Source: an uncultured Acidimicrobiales bacterium
Lineage (GTDB): Bacteria; Actinomycetota; Acidimicrobiia; Acidimicrobiales; CADCSY01
Assembly (NCBI GenBank): GCA_902805555.1
Contig: CADCSY010000110.1
Span: forward strand, 16,807-80,806
Reading direction: 5' to 3'
DNA length: 64,000 bases
Notes under the pieces: generated by a model
Databases searched by the model: none
The model's input: only the letters and a program-made list of their open reading frames with translations
Told to the model about the DNA's origin: nothing
Part shown: piece by piece, positions 8,708-17,776 of the stretch
Layout: each line of letters starts with the position of its first letter
How positions within the stretch are numbered: position 1 is the first letter of the stretch
Program-made: the position numbers and the translations under genes

Positions 8708-10978
8708 TCAGGTCGCCGTCGGAGCCTGCACCTCCGCCTCGCTGCGCCCGCCCAGGTGGCGTGCGAAGAAGCGCTCCATCGCCCGGTAGAGGTCCAGGCG
8801 GTTCTCGGGGTTGGCGAAGCCGTGACCCTCGTCGTCCTTCACGAGGTACTCGACGTCGACCCCACGGGCCCGCAGCGCAGCGACGATCTGGTCGCTCTCG
8901 ACCTTGGTGACCCGAGGGTCGTTCGCTCCCTGCACGACCATCAGCGGCGTGGTGATCCGGTCCACGTAGGTGAGCGGTGACCGCTCGAGGAGGTCGGCGA
9001 CCACCTCCTCGTCCGGCTCCTCCTCGGTGCCCGGGTCGCCCACGTAGCGGAACCACGTGCCCTCGAGGAACGGCCGCCAGTACGGCGGGAACGAGCGGAT
9101 CAGGGTGACGAGGCTGGAAGGGCCGACGTAGGAGATGGCGGCGGCGAACAGGTCCGGCGTGAACGTCACCCCGCACAGCGCCGCGTAGCCGCCGTAGGAC
9201 CCCCCGTAGACGGCGATCAGCCCGGGGTCGGCCACCCCGCCGTCGACCGCCCAGGCCACGGCGTCGACGAGGTCGTCGTGCATCCTGCGGCCGAGCTCCC
9301 GCTCGGCGGCGTGCGTGAACGACTTCCCCCGTCCCGTCGACCCCCGGTAGTTGACCTGCAGCACGGCGTAGCCTCGGTTGGCGAGGAGCTGGACCTCGGG
9401 GTGGTAGCCCCACACGTCCTGGGCCCACGGGCCGCCGTGGACGAGGAGGACCATCGGCAGCCCGGTGCGAGGTCCGCCGACGGGGAGCGTGAGCAGCGAG
9501 TGCAGCGCCAGGCCGTCGCGCGAGGTGATGACGACCGGGCGCATGGGCGCGAGCGTCCGGGGATCGAGCTTCGGGCGTGGCTTGAACAGGAACCGCCCGA
9601 CTCCGGCCGCCCCGTCGGAGGAGCCGACGTCGAAGGCGAAGGTGACCCCCGGCTCGCGGTCGTCGTTGAACGTGACGACCCAGTGCCGCTCGGCCTCGTC
9701 CCGGCTGATGCCCTGGAGGTCACCGTGGTGGAGGGCGCGGGCCGCCTCCACCCGACGACCGAACTCCTCGTCGTGGTGGTGCCACTCCAGCCGCTCCGTC
9801 AGGTACACCGCAGCCAGGAGCTCGCCGGTGCGCTCCCGCAGGACGACGGTCGTGAGATCCACCTCCGGGTGCTCGTCGACCACCTCCTCCTCGGCGTCCA
9901 CCAGCCGGAGCCTCACGAGGCGCTTGCGGTCGGTCGCCTTGGCCGACGCCACCCACAAGGCGCCGCCACCGGGGGTGAAGCCGTACAGGTCACCGCCGTC
10001 CTCGTTGGCGTACACGGCCAGGGAGCGGAAGGGCTCGTCCTCGCTGGCCCGCACGAGGATCTCCGTGTCGCCGTCGGGGGTCTGGGCGGCAGCCGCCAGG
10101 AGGCGTCCCTCCTGGTCGGTGACCCAGTCGGCGATGTTGCCGGGGTTCTCGGCCACCATCTCGAGGTCGCCAGAGACCAGGTCGAGCCGGTGGACGTCGA
10201 ACGCGCTCGGGTCCCGCCTGTTCATGGCGACCAGGACGTGGGTGGGGTCGTGGAGCGGGACGTCGACCAGCAGGACCCTGACCCCCTCGAACGGGGTGAG
10301 GTCGCGGGCGGGGTCCGCGGGCCGATCCAGGTCGGCGACGTGCAGGTGGAAGTCCTCGTCGCCACCACGGTCCTGCAGGTAGAGGATGCGCCGAGCGTCG
10401 CGGCTCCACTGCCAGGCGGTGATCCCCCGGACGTGGTCGTGGGTGACGCAGACGGCGTCCTCGTCCCCCCCGTCCAGGGGCCGGACCCACACGTTGAGGC
10501 GCCCCTCCTCGGGCGCGAGGTACCCGAGCCTCGAGCCGTCCGGGCTGATCTGCGCCCCCACCCGCTCCGGGTTCTCGAAGAAGTGCTCGACCGGGATGAG
10601 CGGCGGGGGGGAGTCGAGGTCGGTGTCCATGTCGCCCTGTTCGTCGTCGTGTCGATGGGGATCTGCCAGCACGGCTGCGAGGTCGCGGAACGCACGCGAG
10701 CGGGGGTGCACCTCCAGCCCGGCGGCCCTGGCCTCGTCGAGCCGGGCGACGTCGACGTGCGACCCGAAGCCGACGACCCGCACGCCCGCCTCCACCAGCG
10801 ACCGCCCTGCGTCGGTCGCCCCGACACGACCGAGGTCGAGCAGCACGACGACGTTCCCGGCATCGGCCTCCACCCCCGCCAGCTCGGTCAGGCCAGCCAC
10901 GAACCGGACGCCGGGGAGGGCAGCCGCCACCCGGGAGCGGTCCATGAGGTCCGGGGTGAAGGCGACGACCGACGTCAC
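8708..10978 (-). CDS. S9 family peptidase, in frame with an N-terminal receiver-like domain (alternative start ATG 10630)
   Basis: [26 protein letters not shown]; frame open up to GTG 10978 that overlaps the upstream TGA. Confidence 0.85.
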   Translation of the reverse strand: MTSVVAFTPDLMDRSRVAAALPGVRFVAGLTELAGVEADAGNVVVLLDLGRVGATDAGRSLVEAGVRVVGFGSHVDVARLDEARAAGLEVHPRSRAFRDLAAVLADPHRHDDEQGDMDTDLDSPPPLIPVEHFFENPERVGAQISPDGSRLGYLAPEEGRLNVWVRPLDGGDEDAVCVTHDHVRGITAWQWSRDARRILYLQDRGGDEDFHLHVADLDRPADPARDLTPFEGVRVLLVDVPLHDPTHVLVAMNRRDPSAFDVHRLDLVSGDLEMVAENPGNIADWVTDQEGRLLAAAAQTPDGDTEILVRASEDEPFRSLAVYANEDGGDLYGFTPGGGALWVASAKATDRKRLVRLRLVDAEEEVVDEHPEVDLTTVVLRERTGELLAAVYLTERLEWHHHDEEFGRRVEAARALHHGDLQGISRDEAERHWVVTFNDDREPGVTFAFDVGSSDGAAGVGRFLFKPRPKLDPRTLAPMRPVVITSRDGLALHSLLTLPVGGPRTGLPMVLLVHGGPWAQDVWGYHPEVQLLANRGYAVLQVNYRGSTGRGKSFTHAAERELGRRMHDDLVDAVAWAVDGGVADPGLIAVYGGSYGGYAALCGVTFTPDLFAAAISYVGPSSLVTLIRSFPPYWRPFLEGTWFRYVGDPGTEEEPDEEVVADLLERSPLTYVDRITTPLMVVQGANDPRVTKVESDQIVAALRARGVDVEYLVKDDEGHGFANPENRLDLYRAMERFFARHLGGRSEAEVQAPTAT

Positions 10979-11571
10979 CGTCGACCTCCCTCGCCCGCCG
11001 GCGGCCGGTGCCTGGTGAGGTGGGCTCTCGCCTTGACCGCCCCCCAGGTGATCCCGAGCTCGTGGAGCGAGGGGTGCAGGTCGGCGAAGGCGGCGGGGGT
11101 GAGGCCGTAGACGTCGTCGGGGAAGCGGGCCTCGTCGTCGGCTGAGCGCTGCACCTCGCCCACCCCCGCCGCCCGCAGCGCCTCGGTCGCTGGGACCACG
11201 GCGCGGCGGACGATCGTCATCGGGTTGGTCCACTGGGCGTCGACGTCCGCCTCGAGCAGGCGGCGCAGGTCCGGCCCGACGTCGGCCACCGCCCGGGCGG
11301 CGGCAGCGCGGGCGGCGGCGAGCTCGTCCTGGCCCACGGTCCCGGACCACGCCCGGACAAGGTCCGTGACGGAACGCTCGACCCAGCGGGGCAGGACCTC
11401 GACGACGGCGTCCGCCAGCGCCAGGCCGAGCCGGGCCAACGCTGCGTCCGCCCCCTCCGGTCCAGGTCCGCCCGCCTCCGTGCCCTCCGGGGCGGGGCCC
11501 CCCGCTCCCGTGCCCTCCTGCTCGCTGCGGCCGGACGGGCCGCGTCGGGTCCGGTCGACGTCCACCGACAC
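10975..11571 (-). CDS. hypothetical protein (start uncertain)
   Basis: protein-like core LLEADVDAQWTNP...FPDDVYGLTPAAFADL...WGAVKA; GTGA overlap with next gene. Confidence 0.65.
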   Translation of the reverse strand: MSVDVDRTRRGPSGRSEQEGTGAGGPAPEGTEAGGPGPEGADAALARLGLALADAVVEVLPRWVERSVTDLVRAWSGTVGQDELAAARAAAARAVADVGPDLRRLLEADVDAQWTNPMTIVRRAVVPATEALRAAGVGEVQRSADDEARFPDDVYGLTPAAFADLHPSLHELGITWGAVKARAHLTRHRPPAGEGGRR

Positions 11572-11594
11572 ATGGTGGCGGGCATGCTGGCCGC

Positions 11595-12089
11595 ATGCGA
11601 CCTCGCCCCCTTCTCCCCGGACCCGGGCAGCGCTCGGTGTGGGACTTCCCCCGGCCGCCCGCCGTGGAGCACGAGGGGGCACGGGTCCGGATCAGCCACG
11701 CAGAGGACGACCTCGCCGACACCACGTCGGCGTGGCGGGTGCTCGAGACGAGCCACCCACCGGTGTACTACCTGCCGCCCGCCGACGTGGCCACGTCCCG
11801 CCTGGTGGAGAGCGGCAGCACCTCCTTCTGTGAGTTCAAGGGCGTGGCCCGCTACTGGCACGTCCGCATCGGTGACGACCTGCTGCGCGACGTGGCCTGG
11901 AGCTACCCGGACCCCTCGCCCGGCTACGAGGCGCTCGTCGGCCACCTCGCCTTCTACGCCGGCCCCTTCGACTCGTGCACGGTCGGGGACGAGCAGGCGA
12001 CGCCGCAGCCCGGGGGCTTCTACGGCGGGTGGGTCACCTCGGGCTACGCAGGCCCCTTCAAGGGCGAGCCCGGCACGACTGGCTGGTGA
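11595..12089 (+). CDS. DUF427 domain protein
   Basis: SVWDFPRPP, LETSHPPVYYLP, CEFKGVARY, FYGGWVT. Confidence 0.9.
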   Translation: MRPRPLLPGPGQRSVWDFPRPPAVEHEGARVRISHAEDDLADTTSAWRVLETSHPPVYYLPPADVATSRLVESGSTSFCEFKGVARYWHVRIGDDLLRDVAWSYPDPSPGYEALVGHLAFYAGPFDSCTVGDEQATPQPGGFYGGWVTSGYAGPFKGEPGTTGW

Positions 12090-12126
12090 CCGCCCGCCCC
12101 GGCGTGGCGAGGTCGGCGGGCGCCGA

Positions 12127-12271
12127 CCTGCGGAGGACGACCGGGCGCACCCGGTCGACCGAGCCACCCAGCGGATCTGCGCCCGGTCACGGACTGCTGC
12201 GGTGGGGGACCGGGCGACGGCCTGCGGAGGACGACCCGGCTCCGCCGGGTCCGAGAGCAGCGCAGCGGATC
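12127..12271. repeat. two 51-bp REP-like units with internal hairpins
   Basis: CCTGCGGAGGACGACC...CAGCGGATC at 12127-12177 and 12221-12271. Confidence 0.65.
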
Positions 12272-13115
12272 ACCCCTGGACGAGGGAACCGTTGAGGTTG
12301 CCCGAGCGGAAGCCCTCGAGGTCGAGGGTGACGTAGCGGTAGCCGGCCCCGGCCACGGCGGCGACGACCTCCTGGCGACGGGCCACCACCGCGGCCAGCT
12401 CGTCGACCGGCAGCTCGAGCCGGGCCAGCTCGCCGTAGTGGCGGACCCGGAGCTGGCGGAACCCGAGCGCCCGCAGCGCAGACTCGGCGGCTGCCACCTC
12501 CCGGAGCACCCCGAGGGTGACCGGGGTGCCGTAGGGCACGCGGGAGGCGAGGCAGGCGGCCGCCGGCTTGTCCCACGTCCGCAGGCCGAGGGAGGCCGAG
12601 GCGGCCCGCACGTCGGCCTTGGTGAAGCCGGCGTCGACGAGGGGGAACGCCGCCCCCCGCTCCTCCGCCGCCCGCTGGCCCGGACGGTGGTCGCCGAGGT
12701 CGTCGAGGTTGACCCCGAGGACCACCGTCGCCCCCTCTGCCTCGGCGATCGGGCCGGCGACGGCCATGAGCTCGGCCTTGCAGTGGTAGCAGCGCTCCCC
12801 GTCGTTGGCTCGGTAGCGGGGATCGGCGAGCTCGGTGGTGGGCACCGGCGTCCAGCGCAGGCCCCACTCGGCGACGAGCGCCTCGCAGTCGGCAGCCTCC
12901 TCGGGTGCCAGGGAGGGTGACACGGCTGTCACCGCATGGGCGGCGGCGGGGCCGAGGACGTCGTGGGCCACCCAGGCCAGGAAGGCGGAGTCGGCGCCCC
13001 CCGAGAAGGCGACGACCACAGGGGCCAGGTCCTCGAGCCTCGACCGGAGAGCCGTCAGGCGCTCCGCGATGTCGCCGGGGCCGGCTGGGGCGCTGCGAGC
13101 GGCGCCGTCCGTCAT
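12270..13115 (-). CDS. larE: LarE-family ATP-dependent sulfur transferase
   Basis: PP-loop AFSGGADS, RCYHCK, DDLGDHRPG, WDKPAAACLASR, GFRSGNLN. Confidence 0.9.
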   Translation of the reverse strand: MTDGAARSAPAGPGDIAERLTALRSRLEDLAPVVVAFSGGADSAFLAWVAHDVLGPAAAHAVTAVSPSLAPEEAADCEALVAEWGLRWTPVPTTELADPRYRANDGERCYHCKAELMAVAGPIAEAEGATVVLGVNLDDLGDHRPGQRAAEERGAAFPLVDAGFTKADVRAASASLGLRTWDKPAAACLASRVPYGTPVTLGVLREVAAAESALRALGFRQLRVRHYGELARLELPVDELAAVVARRQEVVAAVAGAGYRYVTLDLEGFRSGNLNGSLVQG

Positions 13116-13247
13116 GCCGGACAGTCTGCCCGTCGCAGCGAAGCGGGGCGCCGGGGGTGCTGGTCGGGGCGCGAACACCCTGCGTAGTATGTGTTTCACC
13201 GTGACCTGCCCCATGCAGGTGCGGCCCCACATCCAAGGAGATGGTGC

Positions 13248-14633
13248 ATGACCGCACGACACCCGCTGTGGCGAGTCCTCGCCCTGTTCGCCGCGCTCTC
13301 GATGGTCGCCGCCGCCTGCGGCGACGACGACGAGGAGGCGGCCAGCACCGACACCACCGAGTCCGACACCACCGAGTCCGAGTCCGAGGAGTCGACTGAG
13401 TCCGAGTCCGAGGGCGGCGGCGGCGCGGCCGGCGGAGCCAGCCTGGCCGGCATGCGCGGCTCGCTCCCGCTGCTCGACCTCCCGAGCGACTTCGTCGACC
13501 GGCTGGACGAGATCGACCCGGACCTCGGCGGCACCTACAACTACGGCGCGGAGTCCTACGACGCCGTCGTGGTGATCACGCTGGCGGCGATCACCGCCGG
13601 CACGGACGGCGTCGAGTACGCCAACGAGATCAACGAGGTCACCCGCAACGGCGAGAAGTGCACCGACTTCGCCGCCTGCCGTGCGCTCGCCGAGGCGGGC
13701 ACCGACCTCGACTACGACGGCGTGTCCGGTCCCATGGAGTTCTCCGGCAACGGTGAGCCCACGGAGGCCAGCATCGCCATCCAGACCTTCGGTGAGGACA
13801 ACCGCATCGACACGTCGCTCGACGAGTTCATCCTCGCCACCGCACCGCCCGAGTCGGACGTCCCCCAGGTCCCGGCCACCGGCACCCGCGCCGGCGACGG
13901 CATCCTCAAGATCGGGACGCTCCTCCCCGAGACCGGCAGCCTCGCCTTCCTCGGCCCGCCCGAGATCGCCGGCGTGCAGCTGGCCGTCAACGACGTCAAC
14001 GAGACCGGCGGCTTCAACGGCCAGGACGTGCAGCTGTCCACCGGTGACTCCGGCGACACCTCGACCGACATCGCCAACCAGACGGTCGACCGCCTGCTCG
14101 GCGAGAACGTCGACGCCATCATCGGCGCCGCATCCTCCGGGGTGAGCCTGACGGTGATCGACAAGATCACCTCCGCCGGCATCGTCCAGTTCTCGCCGGC
14201 CAACACGTCGCCCGCGTTCTCGACCTACGACGACAAGGGCCTGTACTTCCGCAACGCCCCGTCCGACATCCTCCAGGGCAACGTGCTCGGCGAGGTCATC
14301 GCCGAGGACGGCAACGCCACGGTCGGCCTGATCGTCCTCGACGACCCCTACGGCGGCCCGCTGGCGGACCAGCTCACCGAGTCGCTCGAGGGCTCCGGCA
14401 GCGAGGTCGTGGTCCGGGTCACCTACGACCCCCAGGCCACCAGCTTCGACGCCGAGGTGGGCCAGCTCGCCGCCGAGGACGCCGACGCCTACGTCGTCAT
14501 CGGCTTCAACGAGTCGTCCCGCATCCTGACCACGATGATCGAGCAGGGCATCGGGCCGCAGGACAAGATGGTCTACGGCGTGGACGGCAACATGGGCAAC
14601 GCCCTCGGCGAGGACTTCGAAGCCGGGGAGTGA
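13248..14633 (+). CDS. branched-chain amino acid ABC transporter substrate-binding lipoprotein, circularly permuted
   Basis: AAGGAG RBS, lipobox VAAAC, LivJ/Peripla_BP_6 motifs present in swapped order. Confidence 0.9.
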   Translation: MTARHPLWRVLALFAALSMVAAACGDDDEEAASTDTTESDTTESESEESTESESEGGGGAAGGASLAGMRGSLPLLDLPSDFVDRLDEIDPDLGGTYNYGAESYDAVVVITLAAITAGTDGVEYANEINEVTRNGEKCTDFAACRALAEAGTDLDYDGVSGPMEFSGNGEPTEASIAIQTFGEDNRIDTSLDEFILATAPPESDVPQVPATGTRAGDGILKIGTLLPETGSLAFLGPPEIAGVQLAVNDVNETGGFNGQDVQLSTGDSGDTSTDIANQTVDRLLGENVDAIIGAASSGVSLTVIDKITSAGIVQFSPANTSPAFSTYDDKGLYFRNAPSDILQGNVLGEVIAEDGNATVGLIVLDDPYGGPLADQLTESLEGSGSEVVVRVTYDPQATSFDAEVGQLAAEDADAYVVIGFNESSRILTTMIEQGIGPQDKMVYGVDGNMGNALGEDFEAGE

Positions 14634-14668
14634 CCGACCCGCACGACCGCAGCACCGCATGAGCGGGG

Positions 14669-14690
14669 GGGGAGGGCTTCGGCCCTCCCC
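14669..14690 (+). terminator. hairpin (GGGGAGGGC-TTCG-GCCCTCCCC), probable terminator
   Basis: 9-bp stem with C(UUCG)G loop between convergent genes. Confidence 0.7.
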
Positions 14691-14802
14691 TCCTCGCGTT
14701 GGCACCACATCACGTGGCACCACGTCCTGTCAGACCACGTGTGGCGCCACCAGGTGCTGGCGCAGCGGCGGACTCGGTCGAGCCGCCCGCGTTGCGCCCG
14801 GC

Positions 14803-15630
14803 TCAGCGCGCCTTCGCGAGCGTCCCGAGGTACAGCTCGACCACCTTCGGGTCCGTGAGCAGCTCGTCTCCGGTGCCGCTGTAGGCGTTCGCGCCCTGGT
14901 CCAGGACGAAGCCCCGGTGGCAGATCTGGAGGCAGCGACGGGCGTTCTGCTCGACCATCACGATCGACACGCCGGCGGCGTTGATGCGACGGCAGCGGAT
15001 GAACACCTCGTCCTGGTAGGCGGGCGACAGCCCGGCCGACGGCTCGTCGAGCAGGAGGACCGACGGGTCCATCATCAGCGCCCGGCCCATCGCCACCATC
15101 TGGCGCTCGCCGCCCGACAGCGACCCGGCCCGCTGCTTGCGCCTGGTGCCGAGCAGCGGGAACAGGTCGGTCACCACGTCGACCCGCTCGGCGTAGTCGC
15201 GAGGCCGCAGGAACAGCCCCATCTGGAGGTTCTCCTCGACGGTGAGGCTCGGGAAGACGTTGTTGTTCTGGGGCACGTAGCCGACGCCCCTCGCCACCAG
15301 CCCGTGGGCCTGGAGGCCGGTGATGTCCTCGCCCCGGAGGCGCACCGAGCCCTGCCGGATCGGGATGAGCCCGAACAGCGACTTGAGCAGGGTGGACTTG
15401 CCCGCCCCGTTGGGCCCGATGATGCCGACCAGCTCGCCCTCGTACAGGGCGAGGTCGCACCCGTTCAGGATGTTGACCTCGGGGACGTAGCCGGCGACCA
15501 GGCGGTCGGCCTCCAGCAGGAGCGAACCGATGCCGCCCTCCCGTGCCGCCGGCCTGCCCCGGTCGTCCACCAGCTCGACCTCGATGGGGACGTCGGAACC
15601 GCCGGGGTCGTGCCCGCTCCGCTGGCTCAT
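14803..15630 (-). CDS. livF: branched-chain amino acid ABC transporter ATP-binding protein
   Basis: GPNGAGKST, LSGGERQM, LLLDEPS, VEQNA. Confidence 0.9.
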   Translation of the reverse strand: MSQRSGHDPGGSDVPIEVELVDDRGRPAAREGGIGSLLLEADRLVAGYVPEVNILNGCDLALYEGELVGIIGPNGAGKSTLLKSLFGLIPIRQGSVRLRGEDITGLQAHGLVARGVGYVPQNNNVFPSLTVEENLQMGLFLRPRDYAERVDVVTDLFPLLGTRRKQRAGSLSGGERQMVAMGRALMMDPSVLLLDEPSAGLSPAYQDEVFIRCRRINAAGVSIVMVEQNARRCLQICHRGFVLDQGANAYSGTGDELLTDPKVVELYLGTLAKAR

Positions 15631-16553
15631 GTCCGCCCCTCTCCCTCGGCCCGGGCACGGGCGTGGTCCTCGGCGAGCTGGCGCTCCTCCTCCTCGAAGG
15701 TGAGGGGGGCGTCGTGGTGCGCGCCGAGGTAGGCGTCGATGACCTCCTGGTTCGCCCCGATCGCGGCCGGTGGTCCCTCGGCGATGATCCGGCCCTCGGC
15801 CATCACGACCACCCAGTCCGAGATGTCGTACACCACGTCCATGTCGTGCTCGACGAACACGACCGTCATGCCCTCCTCGCGCAGGCCCTTCACGTGGCCG
15901 AGGAGGGACTGGGTCAGCGCCGGGTTCACCCCGGCCATCGGCTCGTCCAGCATGACGAGCCGGGGCTGCACCATCAGCGCACGGGCCATCTCGAGGAGCT
16001 TCCGCTGGCCCCCCGAGAGCGTGCCTGCGAAGTCGTCCCGCTTGGTGTCGAGCTTGAAGCGGGTGAGCAGCTCGAGGGCCCGTGCCTCGTTGGCCCGCTC
16101 CTGGCCGAGCCAGAGCGGCGGCAGGAGCGCCCGGCCGAAGCCCTCCCCGCGCTGGCCGGTGGCGCCGAGCTTCATGTTCTCCATCACCGACAGGCGGGCG
16201 AGCGACTTCGTCAGCTGGAAGGTCCTGACCATGCCCGTGCGGGCGACCTTGTGGGCCGGCATCCCGGCCATGTCCTCACCGTCGAAGGTCCAGATCCCGG
16301 AGTCGGGCTTGTCGAAGCCGGTCAGGAGGTTGAAGAAGGTGGTCTTGCCGGCGCCGTTGGGTCCGATGAGGGCGGTGATGCTCCCCCGCTGCACCTCGAG
16401 GTGGTCGACGTTGACGGCGGTCAGCCCGCCGAAGCGCCGGTGCACGCCGTCGACGGTGAGGATCGGGTCGGGCTTGGGCACGCCAGGACGGCGGTCGACG
16501 CCCCCGAGGGCCTCGACGGCGGACGCCGCAGCCGGCCGGTCAGCGACGGACAC
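15627..16553 (-). CDS. livG: branched-chain amino acid ABC transporter ATP-binding protein
   Basis: FGGLTAV, GPNGAGKTT, RTFQ, LDEPMAG, VEHDM, AYLG. Confidence 0.9.
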   Translation of the reverse strand: MSVADRPAAASAVEALGGVDRRPGVPKPDPILTVDGVHRRFGGLTAVNVDHLEVQRGSITALIGPNGAGKTTFFNLLTGFDKPDSGIWTFDGEDMAGMPAHKVARTGMVRTFQLTKSLARLSVMENMKLGATGQRGEGFGRALLPPLWLGQERANEARALELLTRFKLDTKRDDFAGTLSGGQRKLLEMARALMVQPRLVMLDEPMAGVNPALTQSLLGHVKGLREEGMTVVFVEHDMDVVYDISDWVVVMAEGRIIAEGPPAAIGANQEVIDAYLGAHHDAPLTFEEEERQLAEDHARARAEGEGRT

Positions 16554-17772
16554 TGAGATCGATCTCCCTGCGGTTGCCGAAGATGCCCTGTGGCCGGAAG
16601 ACCATGAGCAGCATGAGCCCGACGCCGACGAGCATGAAGCGGAGCTGGCCGATCTGGGTGCTGGTCAGGAAGTCGTTGCTGATGTAGCCGGCCTCCCGGC
16701 CCTGCTGCAGCGCGTTCTCGGCGAACGACAGCAGCGCCCAGAAGATCATCGAGCCGACGACCGGGCCGAACACCCGGGCCGTGCCCCCGAGGATGAGGGC
16801 GGCGTAGGCGAAGAACGTGATCGGCGTGCCGAAGTTGTCCGGCTGGATCGACTGGTTGCCGATCACGAAGACCAGGCCCCCGAGGGCACCGATCACGCCG
16901 CCGAACACCAGGCTCTGCATCTTGTAGGAGACGACGTTCTTGCCCAGGCTGCGAGCTGCGTCCTCGTCCTCACGGATCGACTTGAGCACCCGTCCCCACG
17001 GGCTGCGCATCAGCAGGAACACGAGGAGCGACGTGAGCGCCACCAGCCCCCAGCCGACGGTCAGGATCCACATGCGGCGCTCGTTGAAGGCGACCGGCGA
17101 CAGGCCCACCACGAGGATGACCGCCGCGACCGCGAGCAGGACGATCTCCCGCAGCCCGATCACCTCCCGCGACGCCACCGACTCGTCTGCGTCGGCGGCG
17201 CTCGGCGCGACCCGGGGCCGGCGGCTGCCGGGGAGGCGGCCCGGGAGGAGGCGGTCGACCACGATCCACAGCAGCGCCAGCGCCAAGAGGACGCGCACGA
17301 CGTCGAACGGCCCGACACCGCCGGCGTAGACCGCCTCCAGCCGGTACACCCCGGTGTCGTACGGGTTGATCCGGTAGAACTCGCCGGCGAAGTTCTGGAG
17401 CCCTGCAGAGCCACCGGTGACCGGCTGGAAGCGGGCCGACCGGAACACGAGGCGGACGATCTCCGCTGACGCGATGGTCACGATGGCGAGGTAGTCGGCG
17501 CGCAGGCGCAGCGTCGGCAGGCCGAGGAGCAGCGCGAACACGACGGCGGCGAGGATGCTGACGCCGATCCCCACCCACAGCGACCAGCCGAAGTACGTGA
17601 CGGCGATCCCCATCCCGTAGGCGCCGACGGCGAGGAAGCCGGCCTGCCCGAAGTTGAGCAGCCCGGTGTAGCCGAAGTGGACGTTGAGGCCGATGGCCGC
17701 CAGCGCGAAGTACGCCGCCTCGAGGCCGAACGCCGCACGCAGTGCGTTCTGGACGATCGCTCCCCAGTCCAC
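16540..17772 (-). CDS. livM: branched-chain amino acid ABC transporter permease
   Basis: GYTGLLNFGQAGF, LRADYLAIVT, SIREDEDAARSLG. Confidence 0.9.
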   Translation of the reverse strand: MDWGAIVQNALRAAFGLEAAYFALAAIGLNVHFGYTGLLNFGQAGFLAVGAYGMGIAVTYFGWSLWVGIGVSILAAVVFALLLGLPTLRLRADYLAIVTIASAEIVRLVFRSARFQPVTGGSAGLQNFAGEFYRINPYDTGVYRLEAVYAGGVGPFDVVRVLLALALLWIVVDRLLPGRLPGSRRPRVAPSAADADESVASREVIGLREIVLLAVAAVILVVGLSPVAFNERRMWILTVGWGLVALTSLLVFLLMRSPWGRVLKSIREDEDAARSLGKNVVSYKMQSLVFGGVIGALGGLVFVIGNQSIQPDNFGTPITFFAYAALILGGTARVFGPVVGSMIFWALLSFAENALQQGREAGYISNDFLTSTQIGQLRFMLVGVGLMLLMVFRPQGIFGNRREIDLSVRR

Positions 17773-17776
17773 CGGC

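Noticed and set aside
13191-13206. GlnR-box-like TGTTTCACCGTGAC upstream of the binding protein
   Set aside because: Half-site spacing does not match GTNAC-N6-GAAAC; insufficient support.
14700-14760. TGGCACCAC/CCACGT micro-repeats after the terminator
   Set aside because: Too short and irregular to assign a function.
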